A stretch of 64,000 bases of DNA. Source: Dicyema japonicum. Its lineage: Eukaryota; Animalia; Dicyemida. The translations under genes and the position numbers were made by a program. The DNA lies in contig RDEW01000054.1 in assembly GCA_011109175.1 (NCBI GenBank), positions 61,382 to 125,381 of the forward strand. The letters run 5' to 3'. This document shows positions 24,285 through 36,221 of this stretch, in pieces. Below the pieces are notes generated by a model. It was not told where the DNA came from, searched no databases, and saw nothing but the letters and a program-made list of their open reading frames with translations. Position 1 is the first letter of the stretch. Every line of letters begins with the position of its first letter.

Positions 24285-25050
24285 TTAACAATTAAACAAA
24301 TGTCAGTTGAGGAAGCCGGCTGCGTGGATTGCGAACGATAGCCATTCCAATCTTTTGTCTTAGCCATAACCCTTCTCCGAGTTCTCGCAAGAACTCAGCC
24401 GTCATTGGACCAACGGCTCCTGATGATTCAGTCGCAACAGGAGTAAATCGGTAGCGATCCCCGAGGCAAAAATATTTCTTGATTTTTAGGTTCTCCGAAG
24501 TCGAAGCAGCTGCTCCAGGTGTCTGAACTGATTTGAAAATATTTGTGCTTGAGAACGTGTCTACACAAGTTGCGTCCCAGGCCAAAGATCTTCCAGACGT
24601 GAAGGGGAAAAGGGTCATCCCGTCAGGTCTCTTTCGATCTCCTCGATCAAGACCCACTGGTTCAAGCTGTGCTGGGAAGCCTGTAACCTCTGACGATCAC
24701 ATCGTTCAGAGCAGCATGACGTGGTCCCCTTCCGGCGCTTCTTGTGCAGGACAGCGGGTGCAATCCCTTCGCATCGACTGTTTTTCCGCATCGGTGCTCC
24801 TTTTATTAAAAAAATTAATCGGTCACGTCACGACAAAGCATTGCATAAATGTAGTCCTCAACAACTTGCTTCTGTCACAAGAAAGATTCCCAAGTCACAT
24901 CTCTGAGACGTCTCCAAGTTTTTTGTGGTTATCTTCCGGAACCATCGGAATGATAGTCCTTGGTCGTCCACAAAATCGGCATCTCCTTCATTCATACCTT
25001 CATGAATCCTCCCGACTGAGCATCACCTCGCCTGAAGGATTATTCTGAGT
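24285..25050 (-). mobile_element. CRE-clade LINE 3' fragment (REL domain)
   Basis: GLDRGDRKRPDGMTLFPFTSGRSLAWDATCVDTF...KKY...PVATESSG; 3' end matches 8556-8674. Confidence 0.85.
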
Positions 25051-25274
25051 ATATAATTCCCCCAAGAAATTTTATGCGACACCAAACAGCCACCAAAACA
25101 AATACGTTAAAAAGACGGAAAAAAAACCCAACTACCGACAACCTCCATTAAGGCTAATGCCTAAATCACCCCTTAACTTTAATATCTCCCCAAAACGTAA
25201 AGTCACCACACTATTCATAAAAAAGGAAGCCAACCAAGCACGTGGCATAAAACATCAAAATCTGAAACAGAATA

Positions 25275-26371
25275 TTAAGCATAAGAGAATTCTAATGAAA
25301 CCAATTCATTCAAATTGGCAAAAACAAGCAAATCCTTATTGGGATGGTGGGAGAGAGTGGATACAGGACTCCCACACGTGAACTCCCCAATTACACAGGC
25401 CTGCCAATAACAACAAACCCACCTCCACAAGGTCATAACACAATATCCTTCCATCCTCAGACCCACAAAACAACGTCTTATCCTTCAGTCCAGTACAGCA
25501 CTCAATCTTATATGTCTCACTCATATGACTCCCGTACCTACAAATAACTACATCCTTGCTTATTCAGCAGGGTCCCGTTGTCCTTGTCGTATAACAACGT
25601 CACGGAATTCAACGTGGACACCAACAAACACCGACAATCACGTGTGAATCTTACAAAAGTAAGTGACCCTTAGAAATAACAGGGAAAATAACCCCCAATA
25701 AAGTCTGTGAGGAGTCGTCCATTGCGAATGTCGTAAATTCTGATAGAGCCGTCCAGACAGCACGTGCAGATCTCACTGTTGGAGACAGAGACTGAGATCA
25801 CACTGTCCTTGGCTTCGTTTAGGGTCTCCATGTTAACAAAACATTACTTGGATCGCCTTCGAGTGCCGTCCTTTACAGTCCCACAACTTTACGGTCCCAT
25901 CAACAGAACAGGAGATCAACATGGTCCCCTCCTCACAGAATTTGACATCATTCACCGGCCCTACAACAATAAGAAAACCACGTGGATTTAAATTGATATT
26001 ATTACGACTTACCAGCATGTTCTCTGTATTTACGCATAATTTTCCCGGTTATGACGTCCCAGAGGATTATACTTCTGTCAGTCGAGCACGTGGTTATGCA
26101 GGAGTTGTCACAAGAACTATCCACGCCCAAAACGTCAGAAGAATGCCCAACGTATGACTTTACGAGATATCCGTCATTTGAATTCCACAGTTTAACAGAT
26201 TTGTCTCCTCCCCCTGACAATAGATAGTTTCCGTCAACTTAATAATCAGTATTAGCGACTACCATTGTGTTTAATTACTCTGATTATGTCTTGTTTTGTG
26301 CTTATTCTAGGTTGGGATTCCTTTAATTTCAACAAATTTTTCAATTCAAAATTCTTCCCACGAGACTTCAT
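25275..26371 (-). CDS. WDR83: WD-repeat protein 83 (MORG1), 7 exons
   Basis: Spliced product IRVIKHN|VDGNYLLSGGGDKSVKLWN...HAG|PVNDVKF...IQ|TLNEAKDSV...DFIGG|SLTFVRF...NK|YGSHMSETYKIECC matches remembered WDR83 motifs; introns of 25, 52, 22, 24, 22 (GC-AG) and 22 nt all keep frame. Confidence 0.9.
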
Positions 26372-26439
26372 TCAGATTTAAATTATTAGTTTGTTTAAAA
26401 ACTGTATAATTATTTATCTTATTATCAAAATGATAATAT

Positions 26440-28610
26440 TAAACAACCCTACATTCAATACAAGGACTCCCTACAGAGCGAATGACAGGACATCGTCCCC
26501 CGATCTCACTCTTGCCTCACCAAACGTCGCAACATTAACAAAATGGACAGTGCTATACCAGCAGTGATCATAATCCCGTTATGATTACGTTTGAAGGAAG
26601 AGTGTCAATTGTAAAGAAACCTGCTTTATTTACCGACTACAAAAATGTCGACTGAAAAAAGTTCTCAAATTTTGTCGACTATTATCTACTTGACTTTCAT
26701 TTATTAAATTTCAACATCGATAAAGCACTTTTTAATAGAGTGGTACGCGAAGGAATGAAAATTTGTATTAAAAGAAGGCCTCAAGAAAGAATTCTTCCCC
26801 CAGAGCCGATCCACTCATAAAGGAAAGAAATTACCTAAAAAGCCTCCAAAAACAATTTTGGGAAACAAGATTGAGAATTCGTACATTAGAAGAAGAGATC
26901 AGGAACAATGCAAAGAAGAAACAAGAGAAAGTTTGGAAAAACCTCATGTCCAATTTAAACAAGCAGAACTCCCTTACAAAAATGTGGAAAACACTTAGAA
27001 GCTTTAGTAACGCTGACAACCCGGCCACACGTGATGAAATGGAAAACAAGATCTTCCTAAACAAACTTATGAAGTACTACTCCTCCACGAGTTTCATCCC
27101 ACACAAGAAATTCGAAGGTCCATCCATCCTAGCCCTCAAACCTAAAAGAGCCATCTCCCCGATTTCCTCTCTGTGGAGAACGCACAGAATATGGTCAAGG
27201 GTCAAAAGTCGACTTATTCCTGTGGTCCGGACGTAATCCCTGCAATAGTTCTGAAAAACATAGGCCCCTATGCTATCATGGCCCTCACTAAAATTTTCAA
27301 CTTTTCAATCAACAAAAATTGTATTCCTTCCATATGGAAGCTATCGAACATACGACCAATTCTGAAACCCGGGCGACCAAAGGGATCACCAGCCTCATAC
27401 AGACTAATATCTCTCCTATGTGTTACATCAAAACTTTTGGAAAAGCTAATTCTTGAACTAATCAAACCATACCTTTCTGATGCACCTTTTCAACACGGAT
27501 TCAGAAAAGGACACTCCACAGAAACGCATCTTACATGCCTTAAAAATTCCATCAAGGATGGACTAAAGCACAAACCTCACCAGAAGTCTTTGTTATGCTC
27601 CATCGATATAGAAAAGGCTTTTGATACTGTCCCAAGAAAGCTTTTGACAAGGAAGATCTTTACGTCAAAAATTCCAAACAACCTGAAAATCTGTATCTCT
27701 AATTTCCTAAATGGAAGAAGAGGAAGAGTAACTGCTGGAAAAACTAGATCAGTGACCAAGTTCCTTCCAAATAGAGTCCCTCAAGGATCTCCACTTTCAC
27801 CACACCTATTCAACCTATTCTTGAATGACATGCCCTCCTATACCAGTGACGATACTCTGGCTTTGACATATGTGGATGATATAATGGTCGCAGTCAAAGA
27901 CCAGTGCGTTAATACTGCTGTATACCGGATACAAGCTTCATTGGACGATCTAAACTGTTGGCTCGTTAAGAACATTCTACATACAAGTCCCGAAAAGTCT
28001 TATAAAACAATTTTCACAACAGAAGATTGACAAACTCCGCTCCATGTTTAGCCATAAATGGAAACTCAATCCCCACGACCAACTCGGTCAAGATACTGGG
28101 CGTAACTTACGACCCACTCTTGACCTTCAGCAAACACATCGACAACGTCATGCCTTCGGCACAACGAAAGCTAAATTTTGTTAAAACACTCCTTGGACAA
28201 TATAATGGTTGTTTCAACTCAAATTTGGACTCGCTCTACGTGCAGTATATTCAACCGTCTCTAACTTACGAGTGTGCTGCATGGGGAACCAACCTATCAA
28301 ACAGGAATATAGAAAAAATCAATACCTTCCAAAAAATGGCCAGTAAGACTTTGCAAAGGTTTTCTTGGACACCTCTAAACTATACACCTTTTGAGAAATT
28401 AGTGAGGAAAACAGGAGCCTTAATACCCTCCAAAAAAGTTAGAAACCCCCGACCAATCCGGAAATGCGTTGGAACCCGGGAAGAACACCGAGCAAGAATG
28501 AGATGGGAACTCGAGGCGGTCGGAATCACCTGACGGCTATGTAGTTATTTAATTTGTCGGTGATTTTTGGTTTTTAATAATAATCAAAAATAATAAATAC
28601 TTAATCACTC
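26440..28610 (+). mobile_element. 5'-truncated I/Jockey-group LINE (APE C-terminus, RT, 3' end)
   Basis: SSPDLTLAS (APE), ORF 27173-28030 with RVPQGSPLSPHLF and YVDD, ORF 28027-28533 ending AVGIT*, AT-rich tail. Confidence 0.9.
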
Positions 28611-28619
28611 TATGGCATG

Positions 28620-29700
28620 ATGGCTAAGTGTATAAGCTCCCGACCAAAATCATGAGGTCCCTGAATCTCGTTCCTGTCCATTGAGTTGAAGGTTCCACAC
28701 ATCTATGATCTTTTGGAGATGAGAGTGACGTCGTCATCAGCTTATAGTGAGCAATGATCACTCTATGATAGTTCCCGATAGTCATTATAAGGCTATCTGT
28801 CTTATTGTGCTGCACATAACAGAGGTTTTGATTATTGCTTCCAAGTGGAAGTCCTCACAATTTCGTTATGACTCCACGCGTAGTTGTGGTTGAGCATACT
28901 TAGTCGGTATATGTTCCACGGAGGATTGTTCATTTCATATCCTTATTTTGTGAATACATTAACCATTCGTGAAGGCTATTAAGGGCTTCTCTTTATCCCA
29001 ACTTTATTCGATTTAGATTTGCAGAATCCCTAAAATATATTAACCAAAGCATGCAGATCAGTCTAAAGTCTTTCCTTATGGATCCAATTTGGAATAGAGC
29101 CAAAATTTAAAGGGAATTTTCCATTGATGAAAATGCTAGAATGTTTCCATGACAAAATCATGCACGGCGTTTACAGAACTTTAAAGACTTTATTTGAAAA
29201 CACAGAGTGAGATTTAATTAAAATGTAAAAGCCAAAGAAGGAACCGCAAATATCTCCCACAATGCTCTCAATGAATATCAAGTACTTTTCAGGCCATCGT
29301 GAGGTTCCATTATAAAAAGTGGTCAAGGACGAAGCCGTCATTCACTTCCTTCGACATCAGGCGGTCAGTATGGAAGAAGGATCATCGGCATTTTTTGCAA
29401 GCCACACTGGGCATCCAGTTGACCAAAAAAATTGATCAACACAATAAGGGTAAACCACACAACCACAATATAATTTTTCCGATTACTTCCAACAGGATGT
29501 TGCAAATAATGGCACAAATAAAATCAAATCTGCAGTTACTCAACCTTTATTAAGGAATGTGAATCTCTCAGTACTTATTAGGTAGGTTTATGATTCCATA
29601 CTACACGTACTAACATATCGGAACCACGTGCTATGAAACTAAATTATCTGACAATTTAAAAGTGATGTCATTGTAGCTGATAATCAAATTCCAGTTGTCT
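28620..29700 (-). mobile_element. Possible highly decayed CR1/L2-like element (APE remnant)
   Basis: Minus-strand pieces LLHFN.ISL...HDFVMETF and IMTIGNYHR resemble APE motifs; many stops. Duplicated at about 38200-39300. Confidence 0.3.
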
Positions 29701-29861
29701 TCAAAACCATTAATTGCTTTTACTATTTTTTAATATACTGACCATTACTAAAATCAATAATGACATAATTAGAACTCAAATATACTCATATGCTCATCAA
29801 AGACCACGTGTTTAATAGAAAGCTACTGAGTTGATAGGAGTTTGTTATTATTTATTTTATT

Positions 29862-30500
29862 TTTATTTATTTATTTATTTATTTTAATAACCCCGGGAAC
29901 ACCGAGAAAGAAAGACAAAAGAGTCAGACAGTTAGGTGATCCCAGTCCTCGCAATCACTTGTGCCATTCGACGTCTGTGATCCTCCATCGTCCCCACTAC
30001 TTTCCGGAAGAGCCTTCTCTCGGTCTTGCAGAGGAATCCGATCGGGGAGGGGAATTTCTTATCCAATCGGTTTTCTCTTGCCATGGGAAGGATTAGGCGA
30101 AGCGGATTTCCATCTTCCTCACAGAGGCGAAGAAATCCGGAGCCACGACTACGGATCTTAGCTTCTTTGAGTAGTGGGTCGACTGTTGATCCATTACGTG
30201 GGGAAAGCATACTGATTGTTTTCCGGTATATCGAGTTGATTCTTTGGACCAAAGACTCCGATAGCCCGAATCTCCATACAACGGAGGCATACTCAATGGC
30301 AGGCGCGATTGTTTGTTGGTAGAGTGTAGAAACGGAAAAGTCAATGTTCCTCGTGGTCCTCCGAACAAGGGCGCGTATAACGTTAACTTTCTGGAGGCCC
30401 CTGGTGATCATGTCTGTTGCGTGGGAGTTGAATTTGAGAAGGCTATCGTACTTGACTCCAAGGACAATGGGGGACTTTGTCACTGGAATCCTAGTGGGAC
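29862..30500 (-). mobile_element. 5'-truncated LINE 3' fragment with (TAAAA)-type tail
   Basis: ORF 29932-30579 part LGVKYDSLLKF...IAPAIEYASVVW...RTGIT*; closely related to 32520-33150. Confidence 0.85.
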
Positions 30501-30628
30501 AGTGACCTCCCAGAACACCCAATTGGACAGAATAAACCATCTTGTACACGTGTGTTGTTATTTTGAAGACACATGTCACGGATTCTCGACTGAAGGATGC
30601 TGACGATGGAGCTAAGAGGATTCTTTAG
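30499..30628 (+). pseudogene. 3' remnant of a duplicated SNAP25-like gene
   Basis: Near-identical to 40134-40263 (TVTSQNTQLDRINHL|THVTDSRLKDADDGAKRIL*); the 5' part is replaced by the LINE fragment. Confidence 0.85.
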
Positions 30629-31268
30629 TTATTTTGATATTTATTATATTTTTAATTTATTAGGTGAGTCCTGGTTGTTGTGAGTCGTTTCTTGAGTAAT
30701 CGGCCTCTTTAAGTCATCGTGAGGTCTTTTAGGTGATAGGTTGATTTTTTTGTATGGACTGTCTTAATGTCCTTAGTATGTGAGGTTGGGCTTTGTTCTA
30801 GTGTCTCGGTAGTTTTGAGTGGTCTCTGGGATGCTCGGTCTCTATAAGTCATTGTGGGTTTTTTAAGTGATTGGACGATATTTTGCATGACCTGTCTCAA
30901 TGTCTCTAACATATAAGGTTGGTCCTAACTTTAAGTCTTCTCGAAGGGTAGGGCAAGTTTCTGTGATCGAATGATAGTGAAGAAGGGAATCGATGAGGTT
31001 GATTTCCCAAAGTCAGTCTCAATGAATTTTTAAAAATTATGACTAAATATCAATTTGATGATTCAAAAAATTTATTACGGAATTTTGATGTTAAGATTAT
31101 TTTTTAAGGTCAATAAATTATTTGAATAAGGCATTATATTTAGTAGTTATTCCGATAACTGACAATTCAGAACCTCCCCCAATTGACAATTAAATTATTA
31201 CGAATATTGTCCCCTATTAATTATCGTCACGTATTTTAAAAGTACTTTTAAAAAACCTGTACTTTAAG

Positions 31269-31448
31269 CAGAGCCATGATACCTATAACTCTTCAGGCAG
31301 GACAAATTCAAGTAAAGAACAGTTATGATAACTTATCGTAGAGGGAGAACCAAAGAATGCTTTTCACTTCTTTTTGTTGTATGTATGTCCTTTATAGACG
31401 ATCGGGTCCCCTAGTGAAATGTTCACGATGACGGAGTCACTCGTCAAG
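31269..31448. repeat. Dispersed ~200-nt repeat, copy C (diverged subfamily)
   Basis: Shares the conserved blocks of copies A and B with substitutions and indels. Confidence 0.55.
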
Positions 31449-31799
31449 CCAAAGCATAGTAAACGCGTGGAAGCTTCATTTGGAATGTACAGCAGCGAGA
31501 TTCTATCCAGAATCATTAAGCCTTTTTGCCCAGCACTTATGACACTGCATCAATAGTACTTATAAATTAGCAACCGACTCTCATTTCCTTTTATGATTTG
31601 TATTCCCTTATCAGCTGTCCCTCACCCTTTTTGCTATTAGCACGTGAAAAGAAAAGCGATTTGGGTCATAGAGTCCAGTGATAGTTCAAAGAGAGAAGCA
31701 TAAACACAAGTCATGTTACAAATCAGACATTTCTGAGCCTTCCAAGTAAAAAAGTCAAGTTTATACAACCTGTCCATTAACAATAATATTATTCCCAAG

Positions 31800-33150
31800 A
31801 TTTGGAAGAATTCTATCATCAGACCGATATTGAAGGCTGGGAAACCAGAGACAGAACTTGCCTCCTACAATCCTATCTCCGTACACTGTCAAAAATTATG
31901 GAGAAACTTGTATTATCAGTCATTATTCCGTATCTTCCACGTCCTATAGTTCAACATGGTTTCCTCCGCGGTAGGTCCACCGCTACATACTTGGCTACCC
32001 TATCGCAGTTCATTGCCGACGGTTTTAACACCTATCCCCCGCCTCATAAACGCACAATCTTGGTTTCTATTGACATCAACAAAGCCTTTGACACTGTTTC
32101 GAGGAAAATCCTGGTTGGAAAAATATTTTCTACTAATATTCGTCCGAATGTGAATTTATGACTGGCCAACTTTTTGTCTGGAAGACGTGGAAGAGTAGTC
32201 AGTGGTGATCACAGATCTAGATCACGATTACTACCGAACGGGGTACCCCAGGGGTCTCCACTTTGACCAATTCTATTCAACTTATTCCTACACGACCTAC
32301 CTAATGATGGAGACAAGATTCCCTGCTATTATCCTACGCAGACGATGTAGTCATTGCAATACGGAACCGTTCGACGAAAGTCGCATTCTTTAAGACTCAG
32401 GCAAAATTGAACACTCTCCACGATTGGATTGTTGGGAATCGACTTAAGATTTCTTCAACCAAGTCTATTTGTACCATTTTCACTTCGGACCGTCTTCTAA
32501 AAATGAACCGAGTATCTTTATTGGTCCCACTCGGATTCCAGTGACAAGGTCCCCCACTGTCCTTGGAAGTCAAGTACGACAGTCTACTCAATTATAACTC
32601 CTACGCAAAAAACATGATTACCAGGGGCCTCCATAAAATTCACGTTTTACGCGCCCTTCTCCGGAGGACTCCGAGGAATATGGACTTTTCTGTTTCTACC
32701 CTCTAACAGCAAACAATCGCGCCAGCCTTTGAGTATGCCTCCGTTGCATGGAAATTCGCGCTATCGGAGACTATGGTCCACAGAGTCAACTCAATACACC
32801 AGAAAACCATCAGTATGATTTGCCCACGTATTGGATCAACCCACTACTCATGGAAGCTAAGACCCGTAATCGTGGTTCCGGATTTCTTCGCGTCTGTGAG
32901 GAAGATGGAAACCTTCGCCTGATCATTTCCATGGCAAGAGAAAACCGATTAAATAGGAAATTCTCCTCCCCGATCGTATTCCTCTGAAGACCGAGAGAAG
33001 GCTCTTTTGGAAAGTAGCGGGGACAATGGAAGATCACAGACGTCGAATGGCACAATTGATTGCGGGGACTGGGATCACCTAACTGTTTGACTCTTTTGTC
33101 TTTCTTTCTCGGTGTTCCCGGGGTTATTAAAATAAATAAAATAAAAATAC
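31800..33150 (+). mobile_element. Decayed I/Jockey-group LINE (RT and 3' end)
   Basis: QHGFLRGRST...PHKRTILVSIDINKAFDTV, GVPQGS, ends RTGIT* (33065-33082) with an ATAAA tail. Confidence 0.85.
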
Positions 33151-33169
33151 TACTTGCTTCTAGAACTCT

Positions 33170-33780
33170 CTCCTCTTACCGAGGAGTCAATATCCTGAAA
33201 CCCATCCATTTCCTTCTCACCCGTGTCGTCTGGGATGTCATCGAACCGAATTACTAATTCTCCCAGATGACTGGTTACTGTTCCAAATCTTCCTATCTAA
33301 CTCCACCATCATGCTCTCCAATGTCTTCCTAAGAAAACAAATTGAATGTATGCTCTAGTTGGTGTGCCGATTCCTATGGCCTCCAAATGAAATTTATAAG
33401 CCTTAGAAACGACACCGTCCCACGTCACAACAATACGGATGACTGGAGCACCATACAGTAGCTTTTGTTCTCAGCCGATAAGTCATATTTATGCAACTCT
33501 TTCACTTCAATGTGCGTTGACCTTGCTTGAAAAGAGACTGAAGCGGCCAAATTTTTATGAGAGTATTTATCAACACACGTAGTATCCCAAACCAGGTTCT
33601 GATCATTAGCAAAGGCGAATTTTGTCACCCCGTCGAGGCGTTTACCCTGTAAGTCTTCACGTTAACAAACAAATCCAGTTCTCACGATGAGGAGCAGTGT
33701 CCTTTTAATATCACACACATGTTCATCCATAACCAACTGAGCGGAAAGAACACATTCCAGTCCTTCGCAGTCGCTGGGGT
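33170..33780 (-). mobile_element. Chimeric REL-domain remnant: CRE-type 5' half joined to R4-type 3' half
   Basis: GKRLDGVTKFAFANDQNLVWDTTCVDKYSHKNL (CRE-type) runs in frame into QARSTHIEVKELHKYD, then VVTWDGVVS...RAYIQ and LRKTLESM (R4-type; compare 12600-13000). Confidence 0.7.
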
Positions 33781-33822
33781 GGAGGAGAGCGAATGATATT
33801 TTTTCATGCCATTCCAGCACTG

Positions 33823-34124
33823 AGTGTCACCTGAGACAGGTGGATCATGTGACACCACTTTAATAGAATAAATGAAGATAATGAATATAAAAAACCAAGA
33901 GAAACCTTCGTCCAAGTAGTCAATGTAGAGATCAACTCAAATGCCAATCTTATAATTAAGGCAATTTTTTATTAGTGTCACCTGAGACAGGTGGATCATG
34001 TGACACCACTTTAATAGAATAAATGAAGATAATGAATATAAAAAACCAAGAGAAACCTTCGTCCAAGTAGTCAATGTAGAGATCAACTCAAATGCCAATC
34101 TTATAATTAAGGCAATTTTTTATT
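33823..34124. repeat. 151-bp direct tandem duplication
   Basis: 33823-33973 repeated at 33974-34124; only one copy at the paralogous site near 48150-48300. Confidence 0.85.
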
Positions 34125-34421
34125 GCAGTTAGAATTTAAAATACAATCGATCATCGCAAATTGGCCACATTTTGATAATTTTTCAAAGAAAAAAATTTTA
34201 TGCTCACTATTAAGAAAAATCATTTTTTAATTTAATTTTTAATACGAAAATAAAACGGAAGTTTTCCAATTCTACTCGTGAACGCTATACACGGCTTACT
34301 TTAATGAAAAAGTTGAGGATTTTTTTAAATATGAATAAACGGAAAATGAAACTTATTGAAAATCAAAATTCTATGGAAGATTAGACAATAGTGAACAAGA
34401 ATCTGCAAAAAAAGATAAATA

Positions 34422-36221
34422 CAGTCCGACCCCGAATTGGGGCAGACCCCAGGGGTGGGGCACCCTCGGATTTTGGGGCACCCCCGCATTTTGGGGCATT
34501 TTTTTGGCCAACATTTTGGCAGAGTAAAATGGAAAATCGATAAAAAATATGGAAATTTTGGGGCACTATAAAATTGTGGGGAATGAAATTATAAGTAAAT
34601 AAAATTATATTTTATTAATAAATATATAATTTTAATTTACACGTTTATTTACATTTTTTGTTGTGAATGGTTATCAACTACGAAACAAAATTAACGATTG
34701 CTAAATTGATATTGAAGAACAAATTATCTGAAAGACAGATAATTAAAAAATACAAAACTAGTAAAGGCATGATTTCGCGAATAAAAAAACAATTGTACTG
34801 TAATCACGGATGAGGATCCTATGCCTTATTGTGAGAAATCTAAATTCGATGATCAAGTTTTTGAAATATTTCAGAAACTACGCGAAGATAAGGTTCCAAT
34901 ATCAGGTCCTTTCATAAAGAAAATTGCCTTATATACGGCTTCAAAAATTGGATTTGATTCTTTCAAAGCTTCAAACGGCTGGCTTGACAGATTTAAAAAG
35001 CGACATGAACTGAAATTTAAATCAATTTGTGGAGAAAAAAATTCATGTGACTTGACTTACATCAATGAGTTTTTTAAAATTCTTGATGAGAAAATTATTC
35101 AATATGGAAAACAAAATGTTTTTAATTGTGATGAAACTGCTCTTTATAAATGAGTTTTTTAAAATTCTTGATGAGAAAATTATTCAATATGGAAAACAAA
35201 ATGTTTTTAATTGTGATGAAACTGCTCTTTATATAAAAAGGACTCCACGAAAGTCGTTTGTCGGAATAAATGACGATACGTTTGGCTTTAAAGAGGGAAA
35301 AGAAAGAGTCACTGTACTTCTTTGTTGCAATTCCTTGGGGGAAAAACTTGAGCCAATGATTGTTGGAAAATTTAAAAACCCTCGATGTCTCAAAAATTTC
35401 AATGTGAAAGATTTTGGAATTTCATATTCATCTTCTAAAAATGCATGGATGACTGGAAATATTTTTATGAGCGGGTTGACTCTGATAAATGAAAGATTTT
35501 ATACAATCATCTGAAAAGTATTAATATTGCTTGATAATGCGGGATGTCATAAAACTATTGAATGCTCAAGTATTGAGTTTTTTTTTTGCCAAAAATTACA
35601 ACACCGTATTTGCAACCATTGGATATGGTAATTATCAAGACCTTTAAAGATTATTACTCAAATTATCTGATTCAGTATTTGTGTTTTGAGGAGGATGATG
35701 ATGAATCCAAACGGTTGATAAACAAAATAAACCTTCATCATGTAATTCTGCTAATTTCTAAAAGCTGGGAAAAACTTGATCCAAGTTTAATATTTAATTG
35801 TTAGAATCAAAATGAAAAGATTCGTGATTCCGTAAAAATTGAAGATACCATTACAAAAGAAATAATCAACAATGCCGTAAACGAACCATTGAATGGGGAA
35901 AGTGACGAATTCGTTGATAATATTTACAACGAGGTTTAGAAAACAATAACATGGAAACAATTCTAAAAGAAACGCAAGATTCTCTTGATCAGCTAGAGAA
36001 GAAAATTTTTTACATATCTCTTGAAATGCTCAAAGAATTTTACGATTTTCGACTTAATTTTATGAAAAATGTAAGAAGTAAAAGGATAACTGGTGATAAA
36101 TTAACTGATTATTTTTCTAAAATTGATTTTTGATGTTTAAAATCTCTGGTTTATTAAACCCCTGTTTTTGGGGCACCCTCGCTTTTTGGGGCACTTGGTG
36201 CCCCAATTCGGGGTCGGACTG
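34422..36221 (+). mobile_element. pogo/Tigger-like DNA transposon (CENP-B HTH and DDE_1 transposase, disrupted)
   Basis: Perfect 23-bp TIR CAGTCCGACCCCGAATTGGGGCA with TA on both sides; ASNGWLDRFKKRH, FNCDETAL, LLDNAGCH, LQPLD; an internal ~85-bp tandem duplication near 35065-35232 and further frameshifts break the ORF. Confidence 0.95.

Larger units (their letters stand above)
27577..31568 (+). repeat. Segmental duplication block A
   Basis: Colinear and highly similar to 37165-41205 except for the LINE/SNAP25 swap. Confidence 0.9.

Noticed and set aside
28612-28660. tRNA-like start (GATGGCTAAGTGTATAAG)
   Set aside because: No T-arm or acceptor stem, and the segment is absent from the paralogous copy; the similar fragment near 54940 also lacks a cloverleaf.
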